Part shown: piece by piece, positions 10,648 through 23,020 of the stretch
Layout of the letters: every line of letters begins with the position of its first letter
Numbering within the stretch: the stretch's first letter is position 1
NCBI GenBank assembly: GCA_054661495.1
Contig: BAAFSQ010000026.1
Coordinates: 1-32,000, forward strand
Reading direction: 5' to 3'
Length of the DNA: 32,000 nucleotides
Source of the DNA: Zygophlyctis sp. KS116
Taxonomy: Eukaryota; Fungi; Chytridiomycota
Position numbers and translations under genes: made by a program
The notes under the pieces: generated by a model
Told to the model about the DNA's origin: nothing
The model's database searches: none
The model's input: only the letters and a program-made list of their open reading frames with translations

Positions 10648-11674
10648 TTACTTTTTATTGCTAGTGTGATTCAAGACATTTTGTATCATATTTGATACTT
10701 TGAGATCAATCTCAGTTTTGGTATTTGAGGCTTTCTTGTTTGGTCTTGTTAGAGGTTTGAGAGGTCTGTATCCTTGAGGGACGTTTGCAAGGTTATTAGT
10801 AGTATTGTTCAAACTTGTTCCTACTCCAGGAGCAACAGAGGTGGGGAATAATGCCATGTTGGGTGCATTCTGAGATCCTGATTCGGACATTTGTGAAACA
10901 GGCCGATTTCCATCCAAACTAGGATCAGATATTTCCACATTCATGGGAGTACACGGTCGGCTTTGATAGTCCCTATTCTTCCTAAGAGTATCAATAATGA
11001 TACGGACTCTTTCACTTGCAGAAAGATTTGAAGGTAAGATTGGAAGATCCATGTTGCTATCAAGAATGGCGTTTTCATCAGCATAAAGAGATGGTTGTAA
11101 TAATCCAGCTCTATAATTTAAATAAATATTCCTACTGTTTCTCTTTTGCACGCTTTGAATCCATGGAGCGACCACTCGGTTCGGACGATTGTCTCCCTTG
11201 CATCGACATTTTACTAGACGATGGGATGTAATCTGTTGATTTAAGTGCCGCATTTTTGATGGATTCAAAGCTATTGATGAGGCTGTTGTTTTCTAAAGTT
11301 ATTTAAAATGTAACATACCAGAACTAAACCCTTTTTTTCCATTACTCCATCGATACAATAGAATGCCTCCAATAACAAATATTGCACATCCAAAAATAAT
11401 TCCAATCACAGAACCTATAGATAATCCTTCTAAATCTAAGAATGCATAGCCTACCTTGAGGAGGGTCTGACTCATCTGCAGCCGAGTTAGCAGGTGTGTA
11501 TGGACTATAAGGAGAGAAAGTTGCTGCTGGTACTAATGCTGCATTTGAAATCACAACTGCATTTGAATTTAAATTGTTTAGTACTGCAGGGGTTAAATTT
11601 AAATCAGTCACTACTTGCTGCGTTCGGACAACTCCCACGGCTAAAATGATTACATACCAAAAACTCATTATCAT
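10648..11674 (-). CDS. Type I single-pass membrane protein, about 316 aa, function unknown (start could be 11710 or 11668)
   Basis: Signal peptide MIMSFWYVIILAVGVVRT; after intron 11430-11454 a typical TM GLSIGSVIGIIFGCAIFVIGGILLY; introns 11293-11318 and 11111-11135 join it to the low-complexity tail. Confidence 0.75.
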
Positions 11675-11920
11675 GTTCAATTTCTCAGTAGAATGCCCTG
11701 GGACTTTCATTTACGATCTGTTCAAATTATCAATTTGATTCCAATGATCAAAATAAGGATTAGCTCCGGTGCTCCGCCATTTAAGATCGGAACTGAAAGG
11801 AATATTAAAATTGTGCATACAAATATGATTAAATTATAGGCTAAAAGAAACTCCATAATAGGCTTTAAGTATTAGATCGCAGGTACAGGAAAATAGTTTT
11901 TTTCATGGCTAGAAAAATAT

Positions 11921-14706
11921 CTAAAATCCAAAATTGTTTAGCCACTGCGATAATCGATTTCTTGCACGATCTCCCTTCTTGGCTTTTGTCCTAAATTCTT
12001 TTTCATCATCTTCTTTTGCTATTCTTTTCTTGCCAGAAGTCAGAGATATATCAGTGACTCTCAAATCATCCAATGATAAAGCTTCAAGCCCCTTTTCGTA
12101 ATTTTTGTGAAGGTTTTCGAATGATAAGTCTACCATGTTCGTTAGCAAAGGTTGCATTGGCGCCTCTAAAGAAATTATAAGAAATGCATATTCAAAAGCT
12201 AAATCTTCCAAGTACGAATATTGTCCAGAAGGACCACCGTGACCGACATCTTGAATTTTTAGTAAAGTCACCCGATCAGGGTTGGTTGTCGAGATATCTA
12301 CGGTTTATAAAAAATAATTACTATTTTTCTTCAAAATATCCACCCATTTGCTTCTTTCTCCTCTTATTTTCGCCACGAATTTTAGAGGTTCAAAGAAGGC
12401 AACTCTGGGATCATTCATTCCACCAATGACCAGCATATTTGGATACTCATTTTTAGCTAATGATTCACCTGAAATATTTGTATATGGGCAATACGTCTTC
12501 ATCACATCATAAATCTCACGATTTCTTGGATCACCCCATTCCTCAAATTCTAAAGTATCAGTCGCTCATAATCTTACCAAAAGCAGTCCAAGGTATAGTG
12601 GTATCGAACATCGTATTGATCACGTCAACAAAGGGAACTTCGGTTAGTGCAGTCTTAAAAAGATCAGGGCGAAAGTTGACAACAGCTCCAATAAGTAATC
12701 CGCCTGCAGAGCGACCATATATAGACAAATTATCTGCAGTTGTATATCCTTCTTTAATCAAATATTCAGCCACCGAGCAAAAGTCATGAAAAGTATTGGG
12801 CTTTTTGGCAAGTTTTCCCTCTTCATACCATCCGCAACCCATATCTGCACCACCTCGTACATGCGCCGTACAATAGATAAAGCCTCGATCAAGCAATGAC
12901 AGACGCGCACTGGAGAATATAGGATTTGTGAAACTCCCGTAAGCCCCATAAGCATGAAGAAGTACAGGATTATGTTGAGGATCTACCATATTGATCCCCA
13001 AGAGGTCTTTTCGGTAAACAATTGATAAAGGAATGGCGGTTCCATCAACACCAGTAGCATAGAGCCGCTTGGAAAAGTATTTTGATTTATCATATGGTAT
13101 ATAACCACCAACCATCTCTTCATGTACCACAGTCATTACTCCTGAATCCATATCATAGTCAATGACTTGTTTTGGTTGAACAAATGAAGAATAAGTGAAT
13201 CGAAATATGTTACAGTCGTATTGAACCGTATTTATGAGTATATTACCACCATCAAGAACTGTACCGGGCCATATAGAGTAAACAATTTCAGAAAACCCAA
13301 CATAATGATAGTCTGAGAATTCGCCCTCTCTTAAATTGATTATTCTGATATTTTGAAGACAATTAGACCTTTCAAAGACAATCAAATGATTCTTTCTGAC
13401 TTGAAAATCTTCAATTAAAACAAAATCACGATGTTCAATCACAGTCTCTAGAAGCTCTGTCAAATCATTAGTATTTGCTGATAATCCAGAAATTGGTATA
13501 CGAGCAATATAATTATTTTTAGCTCCATCATTTGTCAATATATAAAAGTAGTCATCATGATGCTCACAGTTATACTGAACATTTTCTCTTCTTGGAAATA
13601 ACATATGTGGAATATCTTTAGAATTATCAGCTGATATATACCAAGTCTCTGATGTAATTTGAGCAGATAGTTTGATAAACATGTACTTTTCATCACAAGA
13701 TTTCTTAATAGTGACAAAAAACATTTCATCAGTTTCATGAAACAAAACCTGATCATTTTCCACAGATTGACCAAAAACATGTCTTTTAACTTGAAAAGCA
13801 CGTTCACAGTCATCCAATAGTGTATAATAAACATGATTCCCATCATTTCCATATACAAAATCTTCATAAACCCCTTGAATTTTATCTAAAAGATACTCTT
13901 TTGTTTCCATATTTAAAAAACTTGCAGTATATCTTTCATTTCCCCAATAATCCACCCCCATAGCCACATATTTAGAGTCTGGAGAATGAATCAAGAACCC
14001 AATTCTAAAATAAGATCCTTCTAATGCTTCTGGAGAAGAAGATAAAAGATTTTCATCAATATAAACCTCTTCAATCCCATTTTTTTCTCTACAATGAATC
14101 CTATATTCCTCTCCAGGTCTCTTAGTTTTAAAACTTTGAAAAAAATACATATTTTGAATAATATACCCATCCATCACTCAACAATACTCTTGCCGACTCT
14201 TCATCTTCATGCAACCTTTCAACAAATTCCTTGAATAACAACTTTTGTAAACCTTTTGACGACTCCATATATTTATCAGTATAATCATTTTCACGCTTAA
14301 TATATTCCAAAACTTCTGAATTCGACTTATCATTTAACCAAGCATAATCATCACTCCATTCTTCTCCATGACAATTAATGTATTCATATGGTTTAACTTT
14401 ACATAATGGCGGTTTAAGTTTATGTCTTGGCGTTTCATTTGATAAATCCTTTAATATTTGAAACATTCCCTTCCACACAATTGGACAATATTGCGGATCT
14501 GCAATACAAGCTTCATGCAACTTTGAACATATTCCTGGCAAGACGGAAACCAAATTACTCGGATCCTGCGATATAAACTCATTGACCGCTTGCAGATTAT
14601 CCAAGTCTGGAAGTACAGAAGCCAATGGAGTTCCTGGCGGTACATAGCTTCTAATGGGAGTAATAGACCTATTTAACTCTAGCGTTTTATCCTTTCGCAC
14701 AGACAT
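11921..14706 (-). CDS. Oligopeptidase B / protease II (S9A), about 901 aa, with N- and C-terminal extensions
   Basis: DDYAWL, beta-propeller, HVRGG, catalytic GRSAGG (Ser), NDPRV (Asp), GHGG (His); introns 14121-14148, 12550-12577, 12298-12321. Confidence 0.92.
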
Positions 14707-14810
14707 TTTGAAAGAATCGTTCTCTGTAGTAATTCTCAAGATTTCAACACGAATCGACCATGCCGTTCCATAACCTAGATTTTTGCCGCTTATTTACAGA
14801 ATAAGTTATT

Positions 14811-16221
14811 ATGCAAGAGATACACATACAGGACTTACTGTTTGACTTGGAGCAGTCGAAAGCAAGAGCATTAATTAGAATCAAGGAATTTAGAGCAGGG
14901 CCGGTCGATGTGATCCTGGGGAATCTGAATATGTCTATAGATCCAGTGTTTGCTCTCGATCTGTCTAGCGCTGGGTATGAAATGTCGACTGATCTTTTGG
15001 ATTTATCAAACTTATCAATCGCCGATTTAAATTTAATTCAGTCTGATCTAAAATATCTGCTATTGGATAAATTATTCAAGGAATTTTGGGGGAAAATTGG
15101 GATTTGGATACAAGCAGAAATTGCTAAAAGAGAAACTTTTGGTATGGCTGATTCTATTTTAAATGATTTAAATGAAATGTTTTCAGGGAAATCATTGGAA
15201 GAATTATCAGATTTAAAATTACAAATTACAAAAAAGATTCATTCAGGTGGTATGATTGATTTTGATTATTGGAATGTGGCTCTAAAGTATTTGGAAGTAG
15301 CATTGGCTAAAAGTGATGCTTTTAGGATTTATAATGGGTTTTTTAAAGGTTATACTGAAATGATAAAGAAGCAGAAACGGGCTGTTACTCCAAGAACAAG
15401 TATAACATATCCCTTAAAAAGACCAAAAGCAATACCACAGTCTAATAAACTAGAAGAGACTGAAATTGAAGAGACTATAGATTCTGGGAATATTTTAGAC
15501 AATAATTCTGGTCCTCAAAAGTTTACAATTATACCAAAGGAATTTAAGCATTTACCAATCTTGAAGGAGTCTGAATTTCAAGAAAATTTGTTGAAAATGA
15601 TTAATGAAGCTTGCTTAAGATTTATTCATCCTAAATTACAAGGAGAAGGTGGTGTAGTCGAACACAAGATTAAATCACGAGATGAAGAAGAAAGAGAAGA
15701 AGCATTTCGTAGAAATTCTGAATCAGGAATCACTCCAGAAGAATCTGTTTTTAAAAAAGATGAAGTATTTCTACCTTGTTCTCCGGTAATTCTATTGCAT
15801 TTTAATTTTTTAGAATATTGATATTAAATATAGACTACGGAAGCCTAAATACTACAATTCTATAAAGACTATTGTAGAATGGAACAAATACAATAGCTCT
15901 CATTTTAATGAATTCAATCCACCTCCAAAAATTGTTGATGGCTATAAATTTAACTTGTATTATCCAGATCTAATTGATAAATCAAAGCCTCCAAATTATC
16001 AAATCAGCCCTGATGTTACAGAAGAAACAAGGATATTAAGGTTTAGTGCTGGTCAACCGTATTCGGACATTGCATTTAGAATCGTCAATAAGCCTTGGGA
16101 TATTTGTCATAGAAGAGGTTTTAGAGTGGATTTTGAAAAGTAAGTCTTGATAATACTTACTCAAAGTGGACATTTAAGATTATATTTTGGATTTAAAAAG
16201 GATCCGTTCACTCAGATCTAG
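14811..16221 (+). CDS. CACTIN: Cactin (spliceosomal exon-ligation stage factor), about 451 aa, divergent
   Basis: Cactin_mid-like LEQSKARALIRIKEFRAGPVD and IDFDYW; C-terminal KYRLRKPKYYN..EWNKYN..NPPPKIVDGYKFNLYYPDLID..YSDIAFRIVN; introns 15786-15813, 16140-16166. Confidence 0.9.
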
Positions 16222-16288
16222 ATGCGCCTCACGCCACACGCGATTGTTCTCTTTGTCCATTGTGTGCATTATTGTGACGTTTAATAAA

Positions 16289-17200
16289 ATGAATTCAGTA
16301 GATAACTTTGATATTGATTACCGTTTATTCAAGGAACACTCTCAATCAACAATTATTTCTGATGAAAGCCATTTAAGTTGTGGATCCTCATCAGAAGGTA
16401 AAAAGACCTGGTCTCATCTTCTCAATGATCCTTTACCAAAGACAGACAGCATATATCGAAAGCCAACTCACTCTTACTCTAGCCTCATATCTGAAGCCAT
16501 TCGATTGAGCGTCAAGGGGCAATTAACACTGAATGAGATCTACACTTGGCTCCTAGAAAAGTTTCCATACTTCAAGGCTGCTGGTACTGGATGGAAGGTA
16601 AAGATGATCTATTAATAATATAAGAATTCTATCCGTCATACGTTATCTACAAACCAGAAGTTTGTCCGGGTCCCAAGACCAGCCAAAGAGCCAGGCAAAG
16701 GTGCTTATTGGACCATAAGAGATATCGATCGCCCTGTTGGCAGATTGGGAAGAAAGCCATCATATATTCAAAAGAATGATGATGAATTTAATACTCTTTC
16801 TTCCCAAAGAAACTCTTCAACCAGTAGAAGTAATGAGTACTTTGAAATTATGCCTGACATCACATATTCTCAAGACTTTGATTCATCTTGTATAATGAAT
16901 GACAATCGAGGTTCTAATCATTATCAAAATGTTTATCTTCCTTCTTTCCAATCATCTGATAAGTCTGCGCATATGGCTCTCGGACATACTTTACCTCCTC
17001 CGACGATAGGTCATTCAGATGTGCTTTATGGATTAGATACTATGTATCCAGATTATGGCCATACAAACTATGCACCAACAGTTCCAAGAGTTTCACTATC
17101 CAGTGAATCTTCTGCTTTATTCGATGATTGGACCGCAACGAGCAGTATCAGTAACATCAAGCTCACTCCATTAAATTTAGGATTTTCAAAGGATTTGTAG
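16289..17200 (+). CDS. Forkhead-box transcription factor, about 294 aa
   Basis: [31 protein letters not shown]|[21 protein letters not shown]; 27-nt intron 16598-16624. Confidence 0.92.
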
Positions 17201-17243
17201 ATTCAATTATTCAGAGTTCTAGTTAAATAAAATCTTTATTCTT

Positions 17244-19648
17244 TTAATCTTCTTCCATGATGTTTTGGTCAATGTGTGTTTCCAAGCCGTCATACAAGAC
17301 AGTAGTCCATTTAGGAAATACTCTTTTGTAAAGGTTCATGCATACTGTATCCTGGCCTTTTAAAGGTCCATCAAATACACATTTCATGTAGCCATGAGTA
17401 CCGAGAGATTCTTTAATATGACCAATACGACCATACTTTGTACTCAACTGAACCGGTTTAAAATAGTTAATATCCTCTGGAGTGAAAAACATGAATCTAA
17501 TTGTTGCGCCTCGTTTGTGAACTTTGAACGGATGTCCAGTCAATACGATACGTTTTACAACAATTCTGGAGGGATCAATATCTAAGATAGATCCGGATCC
17601 AATAAAAGGGGTATGAGCTTCTATGTTTAAGATAAGGAAAGTATACCTGCTGTCCAATTCATGCCCTCTTCATCGTATTTAAATAGAAATACGGGGGCAG
17701 GTCCAAACTGAATCGGAGCATACACTGTCCCAACTGAAATTCTGCCATTTTGAAGAAATCTGTCGAATTTGTGGACATTATTAGCTCCTCCTTTTGTAAA
17801 ACTGGAGTATACTGGCTGGACAATATATTTTCTAAAGCCACATACTAACAGTACTCGATCTTTGGATTTAATTGGATCTGTGTATTCAGAATGCCTTTGA
17901 ACGGTAAAGTTAAGCACCGAGAATTTTCGTTCATAAGGAAATAAAGAGAATAGGAAGAACAGTCCTTGTTTCTTTAGAACATCTAACATTATTACATCAT
18001 TAGAGTCTTACCTTGTACACTTTCTGGTACATTTTTTATATAAACTGTCACTCTAGAACCGACTGGAACACCCTCTTTATCCTTAGATCGCAAAGCTTTC
18101 TTCTGAGAATGCTTGAAATTTTCAAACTGAAATATCCGAGAATAGTCAACGGGAAGATTTTCATATGGATCCCAAGGAGAGGTTCGAAAGCTTTTTAAAC
18201 CTCGATACTTTTGAAATCTAACTCTGGCTGGTGAATTTAGAGGTGTATCAACTTCATCTGGGAATGAAAGGTCTTCCTTACTCTTTTTTTGTCTTTCAAG
18301 ATAGTCTTGCAGCCTATTATATTATTCGGATAATGTGAAATACTCTTTTTCCTCTTTCTCGGCATCTATTGTAGAGTCAAACGCTCCAGATCTATCCTCT
18401 AGTTCAACTTCTTCAAACTCTTCATTATAACAGCCGTTAGATTCAGAAGCAGAATCATGTACTGACGTCTCCATATCCAAATCAAATTCTGTACCATTCG
18501 TGTCATCATCATTCTCTTCTTCATGATCAGAATCAATAATCCAAGCAGCTTGATAGGAAGATGTACCTTTTGGGACTCTTCTAGTCCTTTTTTTCATGTC
18601 TCCTGAAATATTATTTTCAGAGGCATGTATCTCTTCATCTGTCGGCCATGTCTGCTCTCCATCCATTGGATCTGGCTCATTTTGTGATTCTAGGCTTTCG
18701 GCCGATTCAATGTCTGGAACATTTAAGATCATAGGCTCTATATCCATTATCTGAGTCAAAAGATGATTCTGCCCATTCGGAAATTCAGAAGTAATTTTCT
18801 CAATTTGAAAATCGCCAAAGTTTTGAAGATGAACCAACCGATTTGCAGATAATGCTGCTCCCCTAACAATTCCCGAAACCTTTAAAACCCCATCATTTAC
18901 TAGATATTCTACATTTTCCGCAATCATATAAGAATGTCTATCTCTCCATTGAACTGATTTCAATCTTGAATCCGAAATAAAACGTAAAATTTTCTGATTA
19001 TTCATTGAAAAAACCTTGTGATCATCAGTAAAATGATGATGCATATAATATTCTATAGACTTTATAATATCTGATTGTGTTTTTACTGAATCTGTATCTG
19101 AAAGAAACTATTTCCTTTAATTTTGAAAATTTTACCTGTATTACAGATGCAGCCGCTGGCATTCCTTGAGCCTTTAACAATGACATGCATTTTTCACCAA
19201 AAGCATCTACTTCTTCTTTTGCAGAGACTATAAACATGACTATATCAGCAACCTTGACAGCATCTAGAATCTGCATCAAATGTCTTTTTGTAGGAATAAA
19301 TTGAATTTTCTGATTATGGAAAGATGCATTCATGATTCCCATACTGTGAGCCGATGCATTAGTCTGTTGACTCATCCATTGCAAAACATTTTCAGCATCA
19401 ACATCTGGACATAGCGGTACCAATGCAACAACTTTTGGGATCCCACAAGCCCCCGAATACAATTTTTTAGTAGAATTTAAATCAGATTTCTTCTTTAATA
19501 AATTCAGCCTTGATGTATTCTTGCGATCAACCTTTGATTGATCTTTTTTAGATTTATGAATTCCCCCTTGACTAATTTTCTTCTTCCCCTTTGCCCCTTT
19601 GAACGGCTTATTGGGCTTTTTCAATGACGATCTGTGAGAGAAACTCAT
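17244..19648 (-). CDS. TSR1: 40S ribosome biogenesis factor Tsr1, about 763 aa
   Basis: GEQTWPTDEE, RRVPKGTSSYQAAWI, FPDEVDTP, SLGTHGYMKCVFD, LYKRVFPKW; introns 19108-19135, 18314-18343, 17983-18011, 17621-17646. Confidence 0.95.
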
Positions 19649-19873
19649 TTTTTGACAATTACGGACAAGAGTTATGGTCAGGGCTTGAACAAATTTCTTA
19701 ATTTTTTAAATTTTCACAAGACTTCACAAGACTAGTTTTACAGACCAGTAAATACTTTTAAAAAAGTATAAACTCAATCTGAATTAAAGTATCTCAAGTT
19801 TTCTAATTTCAAGTCTTAAACATTTATTGAACCCAAACTTCACCCCAACTTCACCCTAAATCCTCTTCCTGTT

Positions 19874-20515
19874 TCAAATAAGTCGTTTTACTTCAAAAAA
19901 TCTAAATTTTCACTTCAAAAAAACTATTTACCTCTTCAAATAATAGACTTGAAAAAGACAAGAACCTGCTACAAGTGAAAATTGTAAAATAGACCATAAT
20001 AAAACACGAGAGTAAGTACTTTCAACAGTTTTAGAGTGTGTAAATGCTCTTTGAACCAAATAAACTTGTTCATCTCTAAAAATATTAATTTGATCTTTTA
20101 AAAATTGAATTTCATCACTTGTACCACGATGTGCTTCATCATGTCTAGTAAAACTCTTTTCATACTTTTTTTGTTCATCTGGTCCATAAATATTAAAAGT
20201 TATTTCTAAATCATTTGAAGAATAACTACTCTTAAAACAAACATCAAATTGTCCATTAGTATTAGATTCTAAAGCTATAGAGCCTGAATTGTCTCTAGTT
20301 ACAGTCTTTACAACATGTCCTGCAGGATGTTTCACGTAAAAATCAATAAAATCATTTGAACTCAAGTGAGTATCAACCGCAAAGGATGCGTCAAAACGAT
20401 CAAATTCAGCTAAATCTTGATAAAAACATTCAACTTGTCCTGGTTGAAGAGTTATAGACGCAGACCCCCAAGAATAGACGGTCAATGCAAACAATGAAAC
20501 AAGAAGAATTTTCAT
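19874..20515 (-). CDS. EMP24: p24/Emp24 family cargo receptor (GOLD domain), about 203 aa
   Basis: Signal peptide, ECFYQ, ESTYSRVLLWS, TM segment, tail QVYYLKR|FFEVKRLI after intron 19902-19931. Confidence 0.88.
19886..19926. repeat. Imperfect 19-nt tandem duplication spanning the EMP24 acceptor
   Basis: ttttacttcaaaaaatcta (19886-19904) vs tttcacttcaaaaaaacta (19908-19926), 17/19 identical. Confidence 0.75.
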
Positions 20516-20583
20516 TTTCAAGATCCTCGACCCTGGCGCTCTGTCACGTAGCAGCGTAGCAGTCGGAGAAACGCTCTTTTAAA

Positions 20584-22991
20584 ATGATTACGCAAAGTCC
20601 GGACAAGTCAAACAATATTCTAGACTATGATGTTTACACGTGGTCATCTTACTCTGCATCATACTTTCCAAGAAATATTAAAATTAATAAACCAACGGAC
20701 CAGTCGTCACGTTGGTCCTCTGGATCAAATGATCAAATGCAATTCCTGACTTTGAAATTAAATCAAACGTCTGTGCTACATTCAATTACGTTTGGTAAAT
20801 ATCACAAGGTTCATGTCTGTAATTTAAAGGAATTCAAAATATACGCGGGAATGACTCCAAATAATATGACTCAAGTTCTACATTCAGGACTTAAAAATGA
20901 TTCAGAAATGGAGACTTTTCAGGTAAAATACAAGGCAAATAGTGTTGTTTTTCCTTGTTTATATATTAAAATTTGTCCTCTATTGGCTTGGGGAGCAAAC
21001 TTTAATTTTTCTGTTTGGTTTGTAGAATTACAGGGGATAAGTCATGTTGAAACAGTTCAAAAGATTTATAGAGATTATATCCAGGTAAAAATTTAATATC
21101 CAAGCAGTAAAATTTTATTACTAAAAAGAGTAAAATTTTATTTGGAATTTTTGAATTTAATGGAATAGTTTCGTGAAACGGAAGTTATTAGACTCTGCTT
21201 AAAACATTTTAGACAAAGAAATTATCAAGATACATTTCATAGTCTTCAAAAAAAGACTCATTTAAAATTAGAAGAAGGTTTATTGACTGAAATTCACGAG
21301 ACAATGGTAAATTTACTCTTTAATATAAAGGTTTTAAATGGTGATTTTGAAAAGGCTGAAAAATTAATTGCAGATGCAGCAAAAACAGGATTATTTGCAG
21401 AATATATTTCATCTTGCGCATATAAGCCAATTTGGACTAAAATTGAAGCAAAAACTTTTGGTAATTGATTGGAAATTTTATTAAAAGGTGATGCACCAAC
21501 TATGAGAGGGGGTCATCAGATGTGTATTGACTCAAGAAAAGGGTTGATTTACATTTTTGGAGGATGGGATGGTTCAAAGGAGTTGTCAGACTTTTGGAGC
21601 TATGATATATCTAGTAATAAGTGGGAATGTATTAGTTCTGACACAAAAAAGTGATTTTAGTATATTAAATATTAGGCAAGGTGGACCAGGTCCCAGATCA
21701 TGTCATAAAATATGTTTAGATGAAAAGAATCGTCTCATTTATGTTTTGGGGAGATATATTGAGCCTGATGGTACTGCTAATAATCCTATTGAAAATGATT
21801 TTTGGAAATATGATACTGTAAAAAAGTCTTGGACATTGATCAGCGCAAATACTCAGGTACTATTATTTATATTTAATATCTAGAATGATGGTGGTCCAGA
21901 ACTAATTTATGACCATCAAATGGTTATTGATTCAACAAAACAAAATCTTTTTGTATTTGGAGGAAGGATTGTTAGTATGGACTCTTCTCAAGTTAATTAC
22001 TCTGGACTTTATGTTTATTCAATTCCAAATGACTCTTGGAAGCTATTAAAAACCGATGGCAGTAATGCAGATGCTCCTTCCTTGCTTAAATCAAGAATCG
22101 GACATACAATGCTTCTAAATGAAGCTTCTAGAGAGCTTTACATATTTGCAGGACAGCGTAATAAGGATTATCTGGCTGACTTTTATTCCTATAATATTGA
22201 TACTGAAGAGTTACGACAAATATCTCGAGACTATAGCAAACAAGGTGGCCCTGATGCTGGATTTACTCAGAGAACTACCATGGATTTTGAATTGGAGGAA
22301 CTCTATGTTTTTTCAGGTCTTACAAAAGAAAAAAACAATACCCAAGAGACTGTTAAAAATTCTTTATGGGTATATAACATTAATATGGAGAAATGGAGTA
22401 AAATTTATCAAAATGAGAATACCGGAACAGAGTATTGGAATAAAATGTGTGCCACTGAACCTTGCCCAAGATTTGCCCATCAGTTGGTCTATGATTCTAA
22501 AAGCAAAATTCAGTACTTGTTTGGTGGCAATCCTGGTGAAAATGGCCAACCTAATTTACGTTTAGACGATTTTTGGAAATTGGAATTGGTTAGGTATGTC
22601 AATTTTTTTATAAATATGCAGACCTCAAATCCAAGATGTTTTAAGAAAAGCAATATTCTGCATCCGTAGACAAGTCTTTCGAGAACTTTGTCAACAGGGA
22701 GATTCTGTCCGAGCCCTAAAGTACCTTCAGATGGAACTTGGCTCAGTTGTGAATCATAATAATGAGGAAGAATCCAGTTTATTTAGAAAATTAACAAGCT
22801 GGTTATTTGGTTGGGATGATTCTATAGACACTGGAATTAAGTCTCCTGATATGCCTGGTACGCGATTGTTATTTTAACTGATAGACTTTTATCCATCAAG
22901 GACTGAACTCTATGAATCTCTTTTAGAATTTTTCCCAGACTCAATGCGTGAGCCCAAAGGAAATATCGTGGATCTTGTTCCCATGATTTAG
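20584..22991 (+). CDS. MKLN1: Muskelin (discoidin, LisH, CTLH, kelch; CTLH E3 complex subunit), about 721 aa
   Basis: DQSSRWSS, FGKYHKVHVCNLKEFK, IRLCLKHFRQ, MRGGHQM, PCPRFAHQLVYD, FFPDSMREPKGNIVDL; introns 21085-21168, 21307-21330, 21461-21487, 21651-21675, 21857-21883, 22594-22621, 22858-22884. Confidence 0.95.
21085..21142 (+). repeat. Three GTAAAA(A/T)TTT donor-like units inside muskelin intron 1
   Basis: Units start at 21085, 21107 and 21130; agtaaaattttatt is exact at 21106-21119 and 21129-21142. Confidence 0.85.
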
Positions 22992-23020
22992 TAACAGAAT
23001 GTTTAGGGGCAACAGGTGGA

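Noticed and set aside
11762-11794. Hairpin agctccggt...atcggaact
   Set aside because: Short imperfect stem with no recognisable RNA family features; probably promoter sequence.
14760-14804. 14-codon ORF upstream of and in frame with cactin
   Set aside because: No cactin similarity and no GT-AG intron removes the TAA; at most a uORF.
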